A stretch of 64,000 bases of DNA. Source: an uncultured Pelagibacteraceae bacterium. GTDB lineage: Bacteria; Pseudomonadota; Alphaproteobacteria; Pelagibacterales; Pelagibacteraceae. This document shows, one piece after another, positions 48,185-57,551 of this stretch. Location: assembly GCA_902579105.1 (NCBI GenBank), contig CACHFM010000003.1, positions 21,622 to 85,621 on the forward strand, written 5' to 3'. Positions within the stretch are counted from its first letter, which is position 1. Every line of letters begins with the position of its first letter. The notes beneath the pieces are model-generated. The model made no database searches and was not told the DNA's origin. It was given only the letters and a program-made list of their open reading frames with translations. A program made the position numbers and the translations under genes.

Positions 48185-49654
48185 CTATGGTAGACAATCA
48201 AGATAAGTGTCCAGATCCCATTGAGTTGTTGCACCTAAAAATTTTTCCCATTCATCATTTTTATACCAATGAAATATTTTATACATTTCATCAGGCATTG
48301 CAGATTGAATAACTTTATCTTCTGATAGTCTATCCAAAGCTTCCCCTAGACTTAAAGGTAATTTTTTAACATTTTTTCCTGCTTTTTGAGCTTCATAGAT
48401 ATTTCTTGATTCTGGTTTTCCAGGGTCAAGGTTGTTAGTTAATCCATCATCAAATGCTTTTAATAATGAAGCACCCATTAAATAAGGATTGTGCATTGAG
48501 TCTACTGAACGGTATTCAAATCTACCTGGAGCAGAAACTCTCAAACCACAAGTTCTGTTTTGGTAACCCCAATCAGCATAAACAGGAGCCCAAAAACCTT
48601 GGTCCCATAATCTTCTGTAAGAATTTACAGTTGATGAACCAATAGCTGTAAGTGCTGGAAGATGTTTCATAACACCACCAATAGATTTTAATCCAATTTT
48701 TCCTGGCAATTGAACGTCTTTAGTATCGGGCATAAAAGTATTAGTTCCACCTTCAACATAGCTAAATACTTCATCCATCCCTGGCAGTGATTTGTGGCCT
48801 AGTTTGTTTACTTTATCTTTTCCACCTGTCCATAAAGACATATTAGTATGACAACCACTAGCAGATACTCCCATAAATGGTTTTGTCATAAAACAAGCAA
48901 TTAAATTAAACTCTCTTGCTACTTGAGCGCATATTTGTCTATAAGTTGATAATCTATCCGCATTTCTCAATACATCGTCAAACATCCAGTTTAATTCTAA
49001 TTGTCCAGGAGCATCCTCATGATCACCTTGAATCATGTCAAAACCCATTGCACGAGCGTATTCCATTACCTTCATAAACACTGGTCTTAAAGACTCAAAT
49101 TGATCAATATGATAACAGTATGGTTTTGAAAAACCTTTGCCAGTAGGTGTTCCATCTTCATTTCTTGTTAACCACATCATTTCTGGCTCAGTTCCAACTC
49201 TTAGCTGATAGCCATGTTTTTTCTTAAATTCTTTAGCTATAATTCTTAAATTACCTCTACAGTCAGATGTTAAGTGACCACCTGGGTTTACTCTTTCTTC
49301 TCTATTTCTAAAACAAGTTACAAAAACTCTAGCTACTTTTTTATCCCAAGGTAATTGACAGAAAGTTTCTGGATCAGGAATCCCGACGAGCTCTTTTGCT
49401 TCTGGTCCATATCCAATGTAATTATTATGACGATCTAAAAATAAGTTTGCAGTAGCTCCATAAACTAATTGAAAACCTTTTTCACAAGTTCTTTCCCAAT
49501 GGTCAGCAGGAATTCCTTTACCAACAACTCTTCCTGTTACTGAAATGAATTGAAAAAAAATATAATCAATTTTAAGTTCATTAATTTTTGCTCTAACTTG
49601 TTTTACCAGTTTAGCTCTTCCTGGCTGGTTAACATGTTTTTCTAGATCTGTCAT
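48185..49654 (-). CDS. Second glutamine-synthetase-family gamma-glutamyl:amine ligase
   Basis: GTEPEMMW, DHEDAPGQLELN, KPFMGVSASGCH, NSYRRL, NRT, EYRSVD; Glu flap replaced (QGFWAP). Confidence 0.88.
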   Translation of the reverse strand: MTDLEKHVNQPGRAKLVKQVRAKINELKIDYIFFQFISVTGRVVGKGIPADHWERTCEKGFQLVYGATANLFLDRHNNYIGYGPEAKELVGIPDPETFCQLPWDKKVARVFVTCFRNREERVNPGGHLTSDCRGNLRIIAKEFKKKHGYQLRVGTEPEMMWLTRNEDGTPTGKGFSKPYCYHIDQFESLRPVFMKVMEYARAMGFDMIQGDHEDAPGQLELNWMFDDVLRNADRLSTYRQICAQVAREFNLIACFMTKPFMGVSASGCHTNMSLWTGGKDKVNKLGHKSLPGMDEVFSYVEGGTNTFMPDTKDVQLPGKIGLKSIGGVMKHLPALTAIGSSTVNSYRRLWDQGFWAPVYADWGYQNRTCGLRVSAPGRFEYRSVDSMHNPYLMGASLLKAFDDGLTNNLDPGKPESRNIYEAQKAGKNVKKLPLSLGEALDRLSEDKVIQSAMPDEMYKIFHWYKNDEWEKFLGATTQWDLDTYLDCLP

Positions 49655-49725
49655 TTTCTACCTCTTTAAAATATTTTATTAATTAAAGCGTAACTGAAAA
49701 AATTATTAGTGTCTAGACTTCAAGA

Positions 49726-51051
49726 TCAACTCCAAGGGAAGGGACTGTTCGAAGTAGGGTGAAGTTCACCTTTCTCGTATCGGTTGAATCTAAAAGGTTT
49801 TAATAAATCGCTCTCAGTACCTAGAATTTCTTTTGCAACAAGTTCACCAACTCCGATCATCTTATAACCATGATTAGCATCTGCAATCATGTAAACATTT
49901 TCTAAAAATCTATCAAAAATTGGAAAAGAGTCTGGAGTCATACACCCAAGACCACCTGATGGACCTTTTCTATATAAATCACTTTTACCTTCAAATCTCT
50001 TTTGACAATGTGCTAAAGCTGAACACCACATATCATTGAAAGCTTCTGTAGTTTGATATTCAGGTGAATCTAAACCATATGGATCAACATTTACTTCATC
50101 AAAATGTTTATTAACAATATATGGTGAAGTTCCACCTTGAACTCCTAAACCTTCAATGTCTGGTTTATAATAAATTCCCCAAATTTTGTCAGTAATTAGT
50201 TTTTTAGTTTTATCTGAATATAACGGCGCTGTTGAATCAACATGAATTACTGGCGGTTGTTTACCATTATTCATTTTTAAAAAATCTGGTTCAACACCAA
50301 TTACACCTTCTTGAAGAAACCAATATTTCCACATATCAGTTTCGTGAATCTTACCATCTTTACCTTTAATTTTTGCAGTTTTAGGAAGTTCTAACATATT
50401 CCAAAAATCTCTAGCCCATGGACCTGCACCAACAACTACTTGTTCACATTCTATAGTGCCTTTGTTAGTTTCTACTCCTGTAACAGCTTTACTATTACTT
50501 CCTCGTTTAAATCCTGTGACTTTAATTCCTTTAAGTACGCTTACACCATTTGCAGTAGATTTATTTTCTAGAGCTTTAATTGAATCTTTATTAAATGCAT
50601 AACCACCTTTCTTCTCATGAAGCACAGATGTTATTCCTTGAGCTTGCCAATCATCAAACATTCCTTTCATGTAATTCATGCAATCTTTTTCACCTTCTAT
50701 AAATTCAGATTCATAACCTATTGCTTTCTGTTGCTCATAAATTGAAGCAACATCTTCATGCATAACTTCTGGCGATATTTGTAAATAACCCACTGGATTA
50801 TATTTAAAAGCTTTTGGATCGCTTTCCCAAACTGAAACTGAATGAGCCATTAATTCTCTCATTGCTGGTTGAAAATAATTATTTCTAACAACACCGCAGG
50901 CAATTCCGCTAGCTCCTGCAGCTGTATCTTTTTTTTCTAAAACGATAATGTCACCTGGGTTTTTATATGTTTCTGAAAGCTTCCAAGCGGTGCTTAATCC
51001 ATGAATTCCACCACCTATAATTACCACTTTAGCCTTTTTAGGTATCGCCAT
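49726..51051 (-). CDS. FAD-dependent amine oxidoreductase (SoxB/MgdA/monomeric sarcosine oxidase-like)
   Basis: GGGIHG, GASGIACG, GAGPWA, TPDSFP, HGYKM; start moved to ATG 51051 (MAIPKK) from the track's 51087. Confidence 0.85.
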   Translation of the reverse strand: MAIPKKAKVVIIGGGIHGLSTAWKLSETYKNPGDIIVLEKKDTAAGASGIACGVVRNNYFQPAMRELMAHSVSVWESDPKAFKYNPVGYLQISPEVMHEDVASIYEQQKAIGYESEFIEGEKDCMNYMKGMFDDWQAQGITSVLHEKKGGYAFNKDSIKALENKSTANGVSVLKGIKVTGFKRGSNSKAVTGVETNKGTIECEQVVVGAGPWARDFWNMLELPKTAKIKGKDGKIHETDMWKYWFLQEGVIGVEPDFLKMNNGKQPPVIHVDSTAPLYSDKTKKLITDKIWGIYYKPDIEGLGVQGGTSPYIVNKHFDEVNVDPYGLDSPEYQTTEAFNDMWCSALAHCQKRFEGKSDLYRKGPSGGLGCMTPDSFPIFDRFLENVYMIADANHGYKMIGVGELVAKEILGTESDLLKPFRFNRYEKGELHPTSNSPFPWS

Positions 51052-51097
51052 CAAAAAAAATTTTAATTTTTCTAGCAACAATAACAATAATAAAAAT

Positions 51098-51118
51098 TAT
51101 ATATATAATATATATATA
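51098..51118. promoter_or_regulatory. TA-palindrome, putative operator copy 1
   Basis: TATATATAT-AAT-ATATATATA upstream of the SoxB-like gene; same architecture at 53882. Confidence 0.4.
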
Positions 51119-51136
51119 GAGAATAATCTAAACTCT

Positions 51137-51487
51137 CTAATAACTAAGATTTTTTAAAGTATTTAAATAATCACTAAATTCATCAATAAAAGACTGACTT
51201 GGTCTAATATTCTTTATTCGCTGATCAGTTGAGGTTTTTTCTAGTATAAAAAAACCTTTTTCACAAGCTTCTGTAATTATTAGAGCTGATTTGGGTCTTG
51301 AAGTTTTAAATAATTTAGTTTTTAGCTCTTCAACTGATAATTTTTCACTATTATGAAAAGCTGACATTACTAATAACATCATGTGATAATGCGAGGGAGA
51401 TTTTCTAAAAAAATAATTACTCGAAGTATGAGAATGTCTCATTTGATCTTCCCAAAAATTTAATAATGTTTGCTTATTTTTTTTCAC
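51137..51487 (-). CDS. Small winged-helix (MarR-like) protein, putative regulator
   Basis: GTG start; KLSVEELKTKL..SRPKSALIITEACEKGFF..DQRIKNIRPS resembles a wHTH with the D-x-R wing. Confidence 0.6.
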   Translation of the reverse strand: MKKNKQTLLNFWEDQMRHSHTSSNYFFRKSPSHYHMMLLVMSAFHNSEKLSVEELKTKLFKTSRPKSALIITEACEKGFFILEKTSTDQRIKNIRPSQSFIDEFSDYLNTLKNLSY

Positions 51488-51491
51488 TTAT

Positions 51492-53828
51492 TTAAGTTCT
51501 AACTCTAGTTTTTTGTGGATCATAATGTGGAAATCCAACTACTTTTGCTGAGATTCTTTTTTGTTCTCCATCAATTTTTCCAACTTCAACTTCAGTACCT
51601 ATCTCAGAATGGCCAATATCAATTCTACACAAAGCTATATTTTTATTAAGTGTTGGAGAAATACATCCACTTGTTATAATTCCTACTTGAGCCCTTCCAA
51701 TATGTACGCAATCACCATGATTAGCTTTTTCTTTACTGATTAATTCAAGTCCAACTAATTTTTTTTGTGGGTTTTCTTTTCTTTTAATTAAACTTTCTTT
51801 TCCAATAAAGTCATCAGTTTTAGTTTTTAAAGGAACAGTAAAACCAACTCCTGCTTCAAAAGGATCAACCTGTCCATCAAATTCATTTCCAAAAAGAATT
51901 AATCCAGCTTCAATTCTTAACAAATCTAATGCGCCAAAGCCTGCTGGTATTAAACCTTCATCTTTACCTGCTTCTATAACTTTATCCCATACTTTAGGAG
52001 CATCAGATGGGTGGCACCAAATTTCATATCCTAACTCGCCTGTATATCCTGTTCTTGAAACTATTAAAGGTATTCCGTTTAATTCTTCAAGTCTACAAAT
52101 AGTAAACCTAAACCATTGCAATTCGGAAATAGAAGGTTGAGTTGGTGGAGTAAAAATAATTTTTTCTAATATTTTTCTACTATTTGGTCCTTGTAAAGAA
52201 ATATTATTAATTTGATCAGTAGAATCTTTAATTAAAACTTTATAATTTTTCTTTTTAGCCTGTTCTTTTAACCATTGACCTGCATATTCATCACCACAAA
52301 TCCATCTAAAACCATGGTCACTTAGTTTCAAAAGCGTTCCATCATCAAACATTGTTCCATTTTCATAACACATAGAAGAATAAACAACCTGACCAACTGA
52401 AAGTTTTTTTATGTTTCTAGTTAATGTATAATTCATTAATTCTTCAGCATCTGGACCAAGTATTTCAAATTTTCTTAAAGATGATAGGTCAATAACAACA
52501 GCTTTTTCACGACAAGCCATATGCTCGTTTATTATTCCATGATTTGTGTAATCATTAGGTAACCAAAAACCTCTAGCCTCAACAAAGTTTCTTGTTAGCT
52601 TAGATGTTTTTTCGTAAAAACCTGTATTTCTAGTTAATTTTGTTTCAGAGTCAGTTTTCATTCTAAAAGCAAAAGATTTTCTAAATTCTTTTTTTTTATC
52701 ATAAGTTCTAACAAAAATATCTGTAGGATTCCATGAATTACATGCATCTATATCACTTGGGCATGCTGTTGTTCCACAAGTCAAATCTTTAAGAGCCTTA
52801 AACATTACATAATCTCCAGGTCTAGCAAAAGATTCATCTGATAATACTGAATTAAGTCCTCCAGCTGAGGTATTAAAAAATAAATTTATAGCATGCCAAC
52901 CTTTTTTTTTCTGAACTCCAAACTTTTCCATAGATTCATTTAAATTGTCGGAACAATTTGGATGACCAAAATATCCTGAGTCTTCATAATATTTGGATGT
53001 ACATGCTAAATTAAATGTATCATGCCTTCCGACTGTGTCTCTAATTACTTCAACTAAAGGTTCATGGTCAGTATCGTAAAATTTAGAAAATAATCCTGGT
53101 CCTGGAAAAGTATTTCCCATAAAGGTTCTAGTTGTTTGCCAATCAAGACCTTTTTCAATTTTTTTGTCTAATTTAGCTGTATCAAATGCAACAAAATCTG
53201 AGCACTGCCTTCCAGTGGGAGAAATAACTTGAATGTAATCACCTTCTTTAACTTGAAAAGAAATTGCAGTTTGACGGTCTATATTTGTTTCACTTTTAGG
53301 TTCAAAGATTGGGTTAGGAATTATTGAGTGCTCTTTATCTCTAGTAATTTTTGCTCTTTTTATGAAAATAGTTAGATTAGTTGTTGGATTTTGTTCATGA
53401 ATCATCATTTCTTGACCAGGAGCAGAAAAGATACAATAACATTTGTCTTTAGCTTTTAGTTTTACTTTTTCATGAGGTTTTGAGTCTTTATCAAAAACAA
53501 TTGCAGACTTAGATGCATTGATATCTAAATTTCTTTTTTTTAATTGATACGAAGCTGCAAGCGAACTCTCAATTTTTTTTGAAAGTATTGTTTTTATTTC
53601 AGATGAACTTTTGTTTTCTTTTAGATTTAATATAGCTAGTTCAGATTTTCCATCTTTATTAAAGACTGTAATTTCGCAAATTTGATTTCCTTCATCATTT
53701 ACTATTTCTATTTCATCATCTGGAAGTATTTGAATACCTGTTAAACCTCCTCCATTAACAACATGTCTTTCAACTCCAAGTGGTAAAGCATTTAAACCTG
53801 GCTCTTTAATGTCTAAACTTGTAAGCAT
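51492..53828 (-). CDS. tdm: Trimethylamine N-oxide demethylase (DUF1989 + GcvT fusion)
   Basis: GRQCSDF, RHDTFNLAC, HPNCSDN, TACP in the DUF1989 part; DLSSLRKFE and SRTGYTGELGYE in the GcvT part; divergent from tmoX. Confidence 0.9.
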   Translation of the reverse strand: MLTSLDIKEPGLNALPLGVERHVVNGGGLTGIQILPDDEIEIVNDEGNQICEITVFNKDGKSELAILNLKENKSSSEIKTILSKKIESSLAASYQLKKRNLDINASKSAIVFDKDSKPHEKVKLKAKDKCYCIFSAPGQEMMIHEQNPTTNLTIFIKRAKITRDKEHSIIPNPIFEPKSETNIDRQTAISFQVKEGDYIQVISPTGRQCSDFVAFDTAKLDKKIEKGLDWQTTRTFMGNTFPGPGLFSKFYDTDHEPLVEVIRDTVGRHDTFNLACTSKYYEDSGYFGHPNCSDNLNESMEKFGVQKKKGWHAINLFFNTSAGGLNSVLSDESFARPGDYVMFKALKDLTCGTTACPSDIDACNSWNPTDIFVRTYDKKKEFRKSFAFRMKTDSETKLTRNTGFYEKTSKLTRNFVEARGFWLPNDYTNHGIINEHMACREKAVVIDLSSLRKFEILGPDAEELMNYTLTRNIKKLSVGQVVYSSMCYENGTMFDDGTLLKLSDHGFRWICGDEYAGQWLKEQAKKKNYKVLIKDSTDQINNISLQGPNSRKILEKIIFTPPTQPSISELQWFRFTICRLEELNGIPLIVSRTGYTGELGYEIWCHPSDAPKVWDKVIEAGKDEGLIPAGFGALDLLRIEAGLILFGNEFDGQVDPFEAGVGFTVPLKTKTDDFIGKESLIKRKENPQKKLVGLELISKEKANHGDCVHIGRAQVGIITSGCISPTLNKNIALCRIDIGHSEIGTEVEVGKIDGEQKRISAKVVGFPHYDPQKTRVRT

Positions 53829-53881
53829 ATATTACTCACATTAAATAAATTCATAACAATATTATAACAGCAGTTAATAAT

Positions 53882-53902
53882 TATATATATAAAATATATA
53901 TA
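53882..53902. promoter_or_regulatory. TA-palindrome, putative operator copy 2 (tdm/tmoX divergent region)
   Basis: TATATATAT-AAA-ATATATATA, ending 7 bp upstream of the tmoX -35. Confidence 0.4.
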
Positions 53903-53909
53903 ACTATTC

Positions 53910-53938
53910 TTGACTGTCGTAATTATTAAGAAGATACT
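53910..53938 (+). promoter_or_regulatory. Sigma70-type promoter for tmoX
   Basis: TTGACT (53910-15), 17 bp spacer, GATACT (53933-38); AGGGG RBS before 53971. Confidence 0.55.
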
Positions 53939-53970
53939 TAAAATACTTAATATTAAGGAAAGGGGAAAAA

Positions 53971-54924
53971 ATGAGAAAAATAATATCTCTTTTATCTGCT
54001 TTAGTTATTTCAGTTGTTTCATTTACTGGAGTAGCAAATTCTGCAGATAGTAAGAAACCTATTGTTATCCCAACACATAACTGGTCAAGTCAAATTGTAA
54101 TGGCTTATGTGATCGGCGGAATTATGGAAAGTATGGGTAACAATGTTAAATACGTAAACGCTGATTCACAGGCAGTTTACGAGTCAATTAGAATTGGGGA
54201 TGTAACTATATCTCACGAAGTATGGGAGTCTGCATTTGGTAAATCATTTACAACAGCTCTAGACAAAGGTGGTTTGCTTGATTGGGGTGACCATGAAGCA
54301 AGAACACTTGAAGATATGGGGTATCCAAACTGGGTAACAGAAAAAGGTTTATGCCCAGGTCTACCTGACTGGACTGCATTAAAAAACCCAGATTGTGCTA
54401 AAAACTTTACAACACCTGACTCTCCAGATGGAAAAGGAAGAATGTTGGAAGGTCCACAAACTTGGCATGGTGATTTAATTCCTCAAAGAGTTGATGCATT
54501 AGGCTTAGGAGATCTTTGGTGGGTTAAATTTGCTGGAAGTGCAGATGCGCTTTGGGCAGAATTAGCAGCAGCTAAAAAAGAAGGAAGAGGAACTATTATA
54601 TTTAACTGGACTCCAAACTTTACAGATGGTGCTGGTTTTACGTTTATAGACTTCCCTCCATACACAGCTGGTTGTAGACCTGAAGATGGTGGCGATGGAA
54701 AATGTGGTTCACCAGATGGTTACTTGAAAAAAGCAGTAAATGAGGATTTTCCAAAAACTCATCCAAAAGCTGCAGCTATGTTCAAGAAATTGTCATTCTC
54801 TACAAGTCAAATTGGTGCAATGGCAGCTTTAGTTGACGTTGACAAAATGACTCATGAAGATGCAGCAAAAAAATGGTTAGCTGACAATAAGAATGTGTGG
54901 GAAGAATTTACACACTCTCATTAA
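53971..54924 (+). CDS. tmoX: TMAO ABC transporter substrate-binding protein
   Basis: HNWSSQ, HEVWESAF, EGPQTWHG, FNWTPNF; resembles SAR11 TmoX from memory; divergent from tdm. Confidence 0.9.
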   Translation: MRKIISLLSALVISVVSFTGVANSADSKKPIVIPTHNWSSQIVMAYVIGGIMESMGNNVKYVNADSQAVYESIRIGDVTISHEVWESAFGKSFTTALDKGGLLDWGDHEARTLEDMGYPNWVTEKGLCPGLPDWTALKNPDCAKNFTTPDSPDGKGRMLEGPQTWHGDLIPQRVDALGLGDLWWVKFAGSADALWAELAAAKKEGRGTIIFNWTPNFTDGAGFTFIDFPPYTAGCRPEDGGDGKCGSPDGYLKKAVNEDFPKTHPKAAAMFKKLSFSTSQIGAMAALVDVDKMTHEDAAKKWLADNKNVWEEFTHSH

Positions 54925-54946
54925 GGTTATAAAAAAATAAATTTAG

Positions 54947-54983
54947 AAATCTCCCCCAACAATGTTGGGGGGGATTTTTTTTT
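54947..54983 (+). terminator. Intrinsic terminator after tmoX
   Basis: AAATCTCCCCCAAC-aat-GTTGGGGGGGATTT stem followed by a T run. Confidence 0.9.
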
Positions 54984-55017
54984 AGAATTTAAGGTTAATG
55001 ATTAAAAAAATAGATAA

Positions 55018-55479
55018 ATGATAAAATATTTTTTTTATATATCTCTAAGTTTATTATTTTTTAATTTATTATTAGCAAAAGATATAAACATACAAGAAAA
55101 TATTAATCTCAGTTTTACATGTGATTTAGATAAAAAAATAATTAAAAATTCTAAATACAATTATCAAACTTTTTTAGCTAAAGATTTAAATGAAAAGGGT
55201 TTGGATAAATTCAAAATTGAATCTTTAAAACCAGATACACTTTCTATTAATGGATTATCATTATTTGTTTCAAAATCTGAAAAATTAAGTGTTAAGGTGG
55301 TTAATAAGGATATAGTTTTATTTAGAGCAATTGATCAAGAAAAGAATTACTCAGAGTCAGGTATATTAACAATAAAATCAGGCGAATTAGTTCACGAAAT
55401 TACAAGAAATATAAAAAGTGAAAATTCAGAAAAAGATATTTCTATTTATTCATGCAGAAAAAATAAGGAAAATGTCTGA
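55018..55479 (+). CDS. Secreted hypothetical protein
   Basis: Signal peptide (..NLLLA/K); two Cys near the termini. Confidence 0.7.
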   Translation: MIKYFFYISLSLLFFNLLLAKDINIQENINLSFTCDLDKKIIKNSKYNYQTFLAKDLNEKGLDKFKIESLKPDTLSINGLSLFVSKSEKLSVKVVNKDIVLFRAIDQEKNYSESGILTIKSGELVHEITRNIKSENSEKDISIYSCRKNKENV

Positions 55480-55513
55480 TTTTTTTTTAATTAATCTTGT
55501 GTAAAATATTAAT

Positions 55514-55891
55514 ATGAAAAATTTTATTATTAGCTTAATTTTTGGTTTTCTAATTATATCTGAAGCTTTAGCTCGTAGCACAGGGTGTAAGGAAGGAAAT
55601 TGTGAAAATGGTTATGGCAAGTGGGTTTATACAGATAAAACAACTTATGAAGGATATTGGGTCGGCACAAAAAAACATGGTCAAGGTACAGAAACTTGGC
55701 CTAATGGCTATATTTATAAAGGTGAATTTAAGAACAGTGAATGGAGTGGACAAGGAACTTTAACTTTTCCAAACGGCGCAACATACGAAGGTGAATGGGC
55801 TAATGGATTTATGAATGGAGAAGGAACTTTTACCTGGTCTGATGGAAAAGTAAAAACGGGCACTTGGATAAATGGAAAATTACAAGAATAA
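55514..55891 (+). CDS. Secreted MORN-repeat protein
   Basis: Signal peptide, CKEGNCENGYG, then YEGYW..GQG / YKGEF..GQG / YEGEW..GEG repeats. Confidence 0.9.
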   Translation: MKNFIISLIFGFLIISEALARSTGCKEGNCENGYGKWVYTDKTTYEGYWVGTKKHGQGTETWPNGYIYKGEFKNSEWSGQGTLTFPNGATYEGEWANGFMNGEGTFTWSDGKVKTGTWINGKLQE

Positions 55892-55899
55892 TTAAAACA

Positions 55900-56451
55900 A
55901 TGTTAAAAGATAATTATTTAAATAAATTAAAAGAATTACCAGAAACAATAAAACAATTCGTTGGTCTTGTTGCTTTAACAATTATTGTAATTTTATCTTT
56001 TGGTATTTTAAATATCTTTTGGGGTGGAGGAGATGAATTAATAAAAAAAATGAAATTAGAAGAGGAAAGAATTGCACAAGAAAAAAAACTTAATGCACTT
56101 ATATCTCAGCTTCCATCAGGAGTTTTAGTTACCTTTGATGGAACAGATAACTTTAGATTGACTGATGAACTTTATGAAGCAGTTTGTAATGCTACAGAAC
56201 TTATACCTCAACGTGCTATTATGGCTGCTCATTTTTTAAATTATGAAGCTTATGAGTTATATACAATTAATGGCAATAAAATTGATGAAACGTATGTTAA
56301 ATGGGATAAAGAGAAAAATAAATGTTTTGCCGGCTATACTGTAAGTGGAGATAATGTTGGGGTAAATAAAACTGCAAATGTAAGTGGAGAGGTTTTAAGT
56401 TTTTTAAGCACCGGTATTGATACCAGAGTATATTTTATAAAAAATTTTTAA
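55900..56451 (+). CDS. Membrane-anchored hypothetical protein
   Basis: Likely start ATG 55900 (MLKDNYL); one TM, a coiled segment, then a domain with two Cys. Confidence 0.7.
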   Translation: MLKDNYLNKLKELPETIKQFVGLVALTIIVILSFGILNIFWGGGDELIKKMKLEEERIAQEKKLNALISQLPSGVLVTFDGTDNFRLTDELYEAVCNATELIPQRAIMAAHFLNYEAYELYTINGNKIDETYVKWDKEKNKCFAGYTVSGDNVGVNKTANVSGEVLSFLSTGIDTRVYFIKNF

Positions 56452-56516
56452 TGGAGAAAAATAATAATTATATAGATTTTATTTTAATTAAATTTCATAT
56501 AACTTATTAAAATATT

Positions 56517-57548
56517 ATGAGCGATGCAGTAATTAAGTGTGAGTCTGTTTACAAAATTTTTGGTACAAATGCTAAAAAGATGCTTCAAGAAGCAAATGGG
56601 AATGTAGACGCAAAAAAATTTCAAGATAATGGATGTATAGTTGGTGTGAACAATGCGTCTTTTGAAGTTTCAAAAGGAGAGATGTTAGTTGTAATGGGTT
56701 TATCAGGATCAGGTAAGTCAACATTACTAAGATGTATTTCTAGATTAACGGACGCAACAGATGGAAAAATTTTTATAGAAGGTCAAGATTTACTTTCATT
56801 AAACAATAAAGAGTTAATTGAACTTAGAAGAAATAAAATGGGAATGGTTTTTCAGAGTTTTGCTCTTCTTCCTCATAAAACGGTTGTAGAAAATATTGCT
56901 TTTCCTCTTCAAATTAAAGGTATCAAGACTGAAGAAAGTATTAGTAAAGCAATGGACATGGTTAAACTTGTTGGACTTGATGGAAGAGAAAATTATTTTC
57001 CACGAGAACTTTCTGGAGGACAACAACAAAGAGTAGGTATTGCTCGATCATTAGCTGTTGAACCAGATATTTGGTTTTTAGATGAACCTTTTTCTGCACT
57101 AGATCCATTAATTAGAAAAGAAATGCAAGATGAATTTTTAAGACTACAAGAAAAATTACAAAAAACAATTATGTTTATTACTCATGATTTTGATGAAGCA
57201 CTAAAGCTTGCGGATCGTATAGCAATTATGAAAGATGGTATAATTGAACAGCTAGATACACCTGCAAATATTGTTTTAAATCCAGCAACCGAATATGTAA
57301 GAAAATTTACCGAAGAAGTGCCAAGAGAAAAAGTTTTATTAATTGAAGATGTGATGGATCCATCTACTTCTAATGATTTGAGTGATTTAAAAGTTTTAAA
57401 AGATGAAATTATTGAAAATGTTGCAGAAAAAATTTTAACTCAAGAAAAATCAGTAACAGTCATTGATAATAACAATAAAATTGTAGGCTCTATAAATCCG
57501 ACAAAAATAATTAATACAGTTTTTGGAGGAAGAAAAAATAATAATTAA
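56517..57548 (+). CDS. Betaine-family ABC ATP-binding protein of the TMAO (TmoXWV-type) transporter
   Basis: GLSGSGKS, LSGGQQQRVG, LDEPFSALDP; neighbours tmoX. Confidence 0.92.
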   Translation: MSDAVIKCESVYKIFGTNAKKMLQEANGNVDAKKFQDNGCIVGVNNASFEVSKGEMLVVMGLSGSGKSTLLRCISRLTDATDGKIFIEGQDLLSLNNKELIELRRNKMGMVFQSFALLPHKTVVENIAFPLQIKGIKTEESISKAMDMVKLVGLDGRENYFPRELSGGQQQRVGIARSLAVEPDIWFLDEPFSALDPLIRKEMQDEFLRLQEKLQKTIMFITHDFDEALKLADRIAIMKDGIIEQLDTPANIVLNPATEYVRKFTEEVPREKVLLIEDVMDPSTSNDLSDLKVLKDEIIENVAEKILTQEKSVTVIDNNNKIVGSINPTKIINTVFGGRKNNN

Positions 57549-57551
57549 ATT

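Noticed and set aside
41221-49654. Calling either GS-family gene a true glutamine synthetase (glnA)
   Set aside because: Both lack the Glu-flap residue (Trp instead) and sit in a methylamine cluster
51052-51087. N-terminal extension MLLLLEKLKFFL of the SoxB-like ORF
   Set aside because: The Rossmann motif begins right after MAIPKK; the upstream segment is low-complexity intergenic DNA
55600-55880. Repeated GGxCAAGG/GAAGG units as a DNA repeat array or CRISPR
   Set aside because: Explained by protein-level MORN repeats; no identical direct repeats with spacers anywhere in the window
55864-55899. Track start of the 195-aa ORF overlapping the MORN gene
   Set aside because: ATG 55900 avoids the overlap and is the more plausible start
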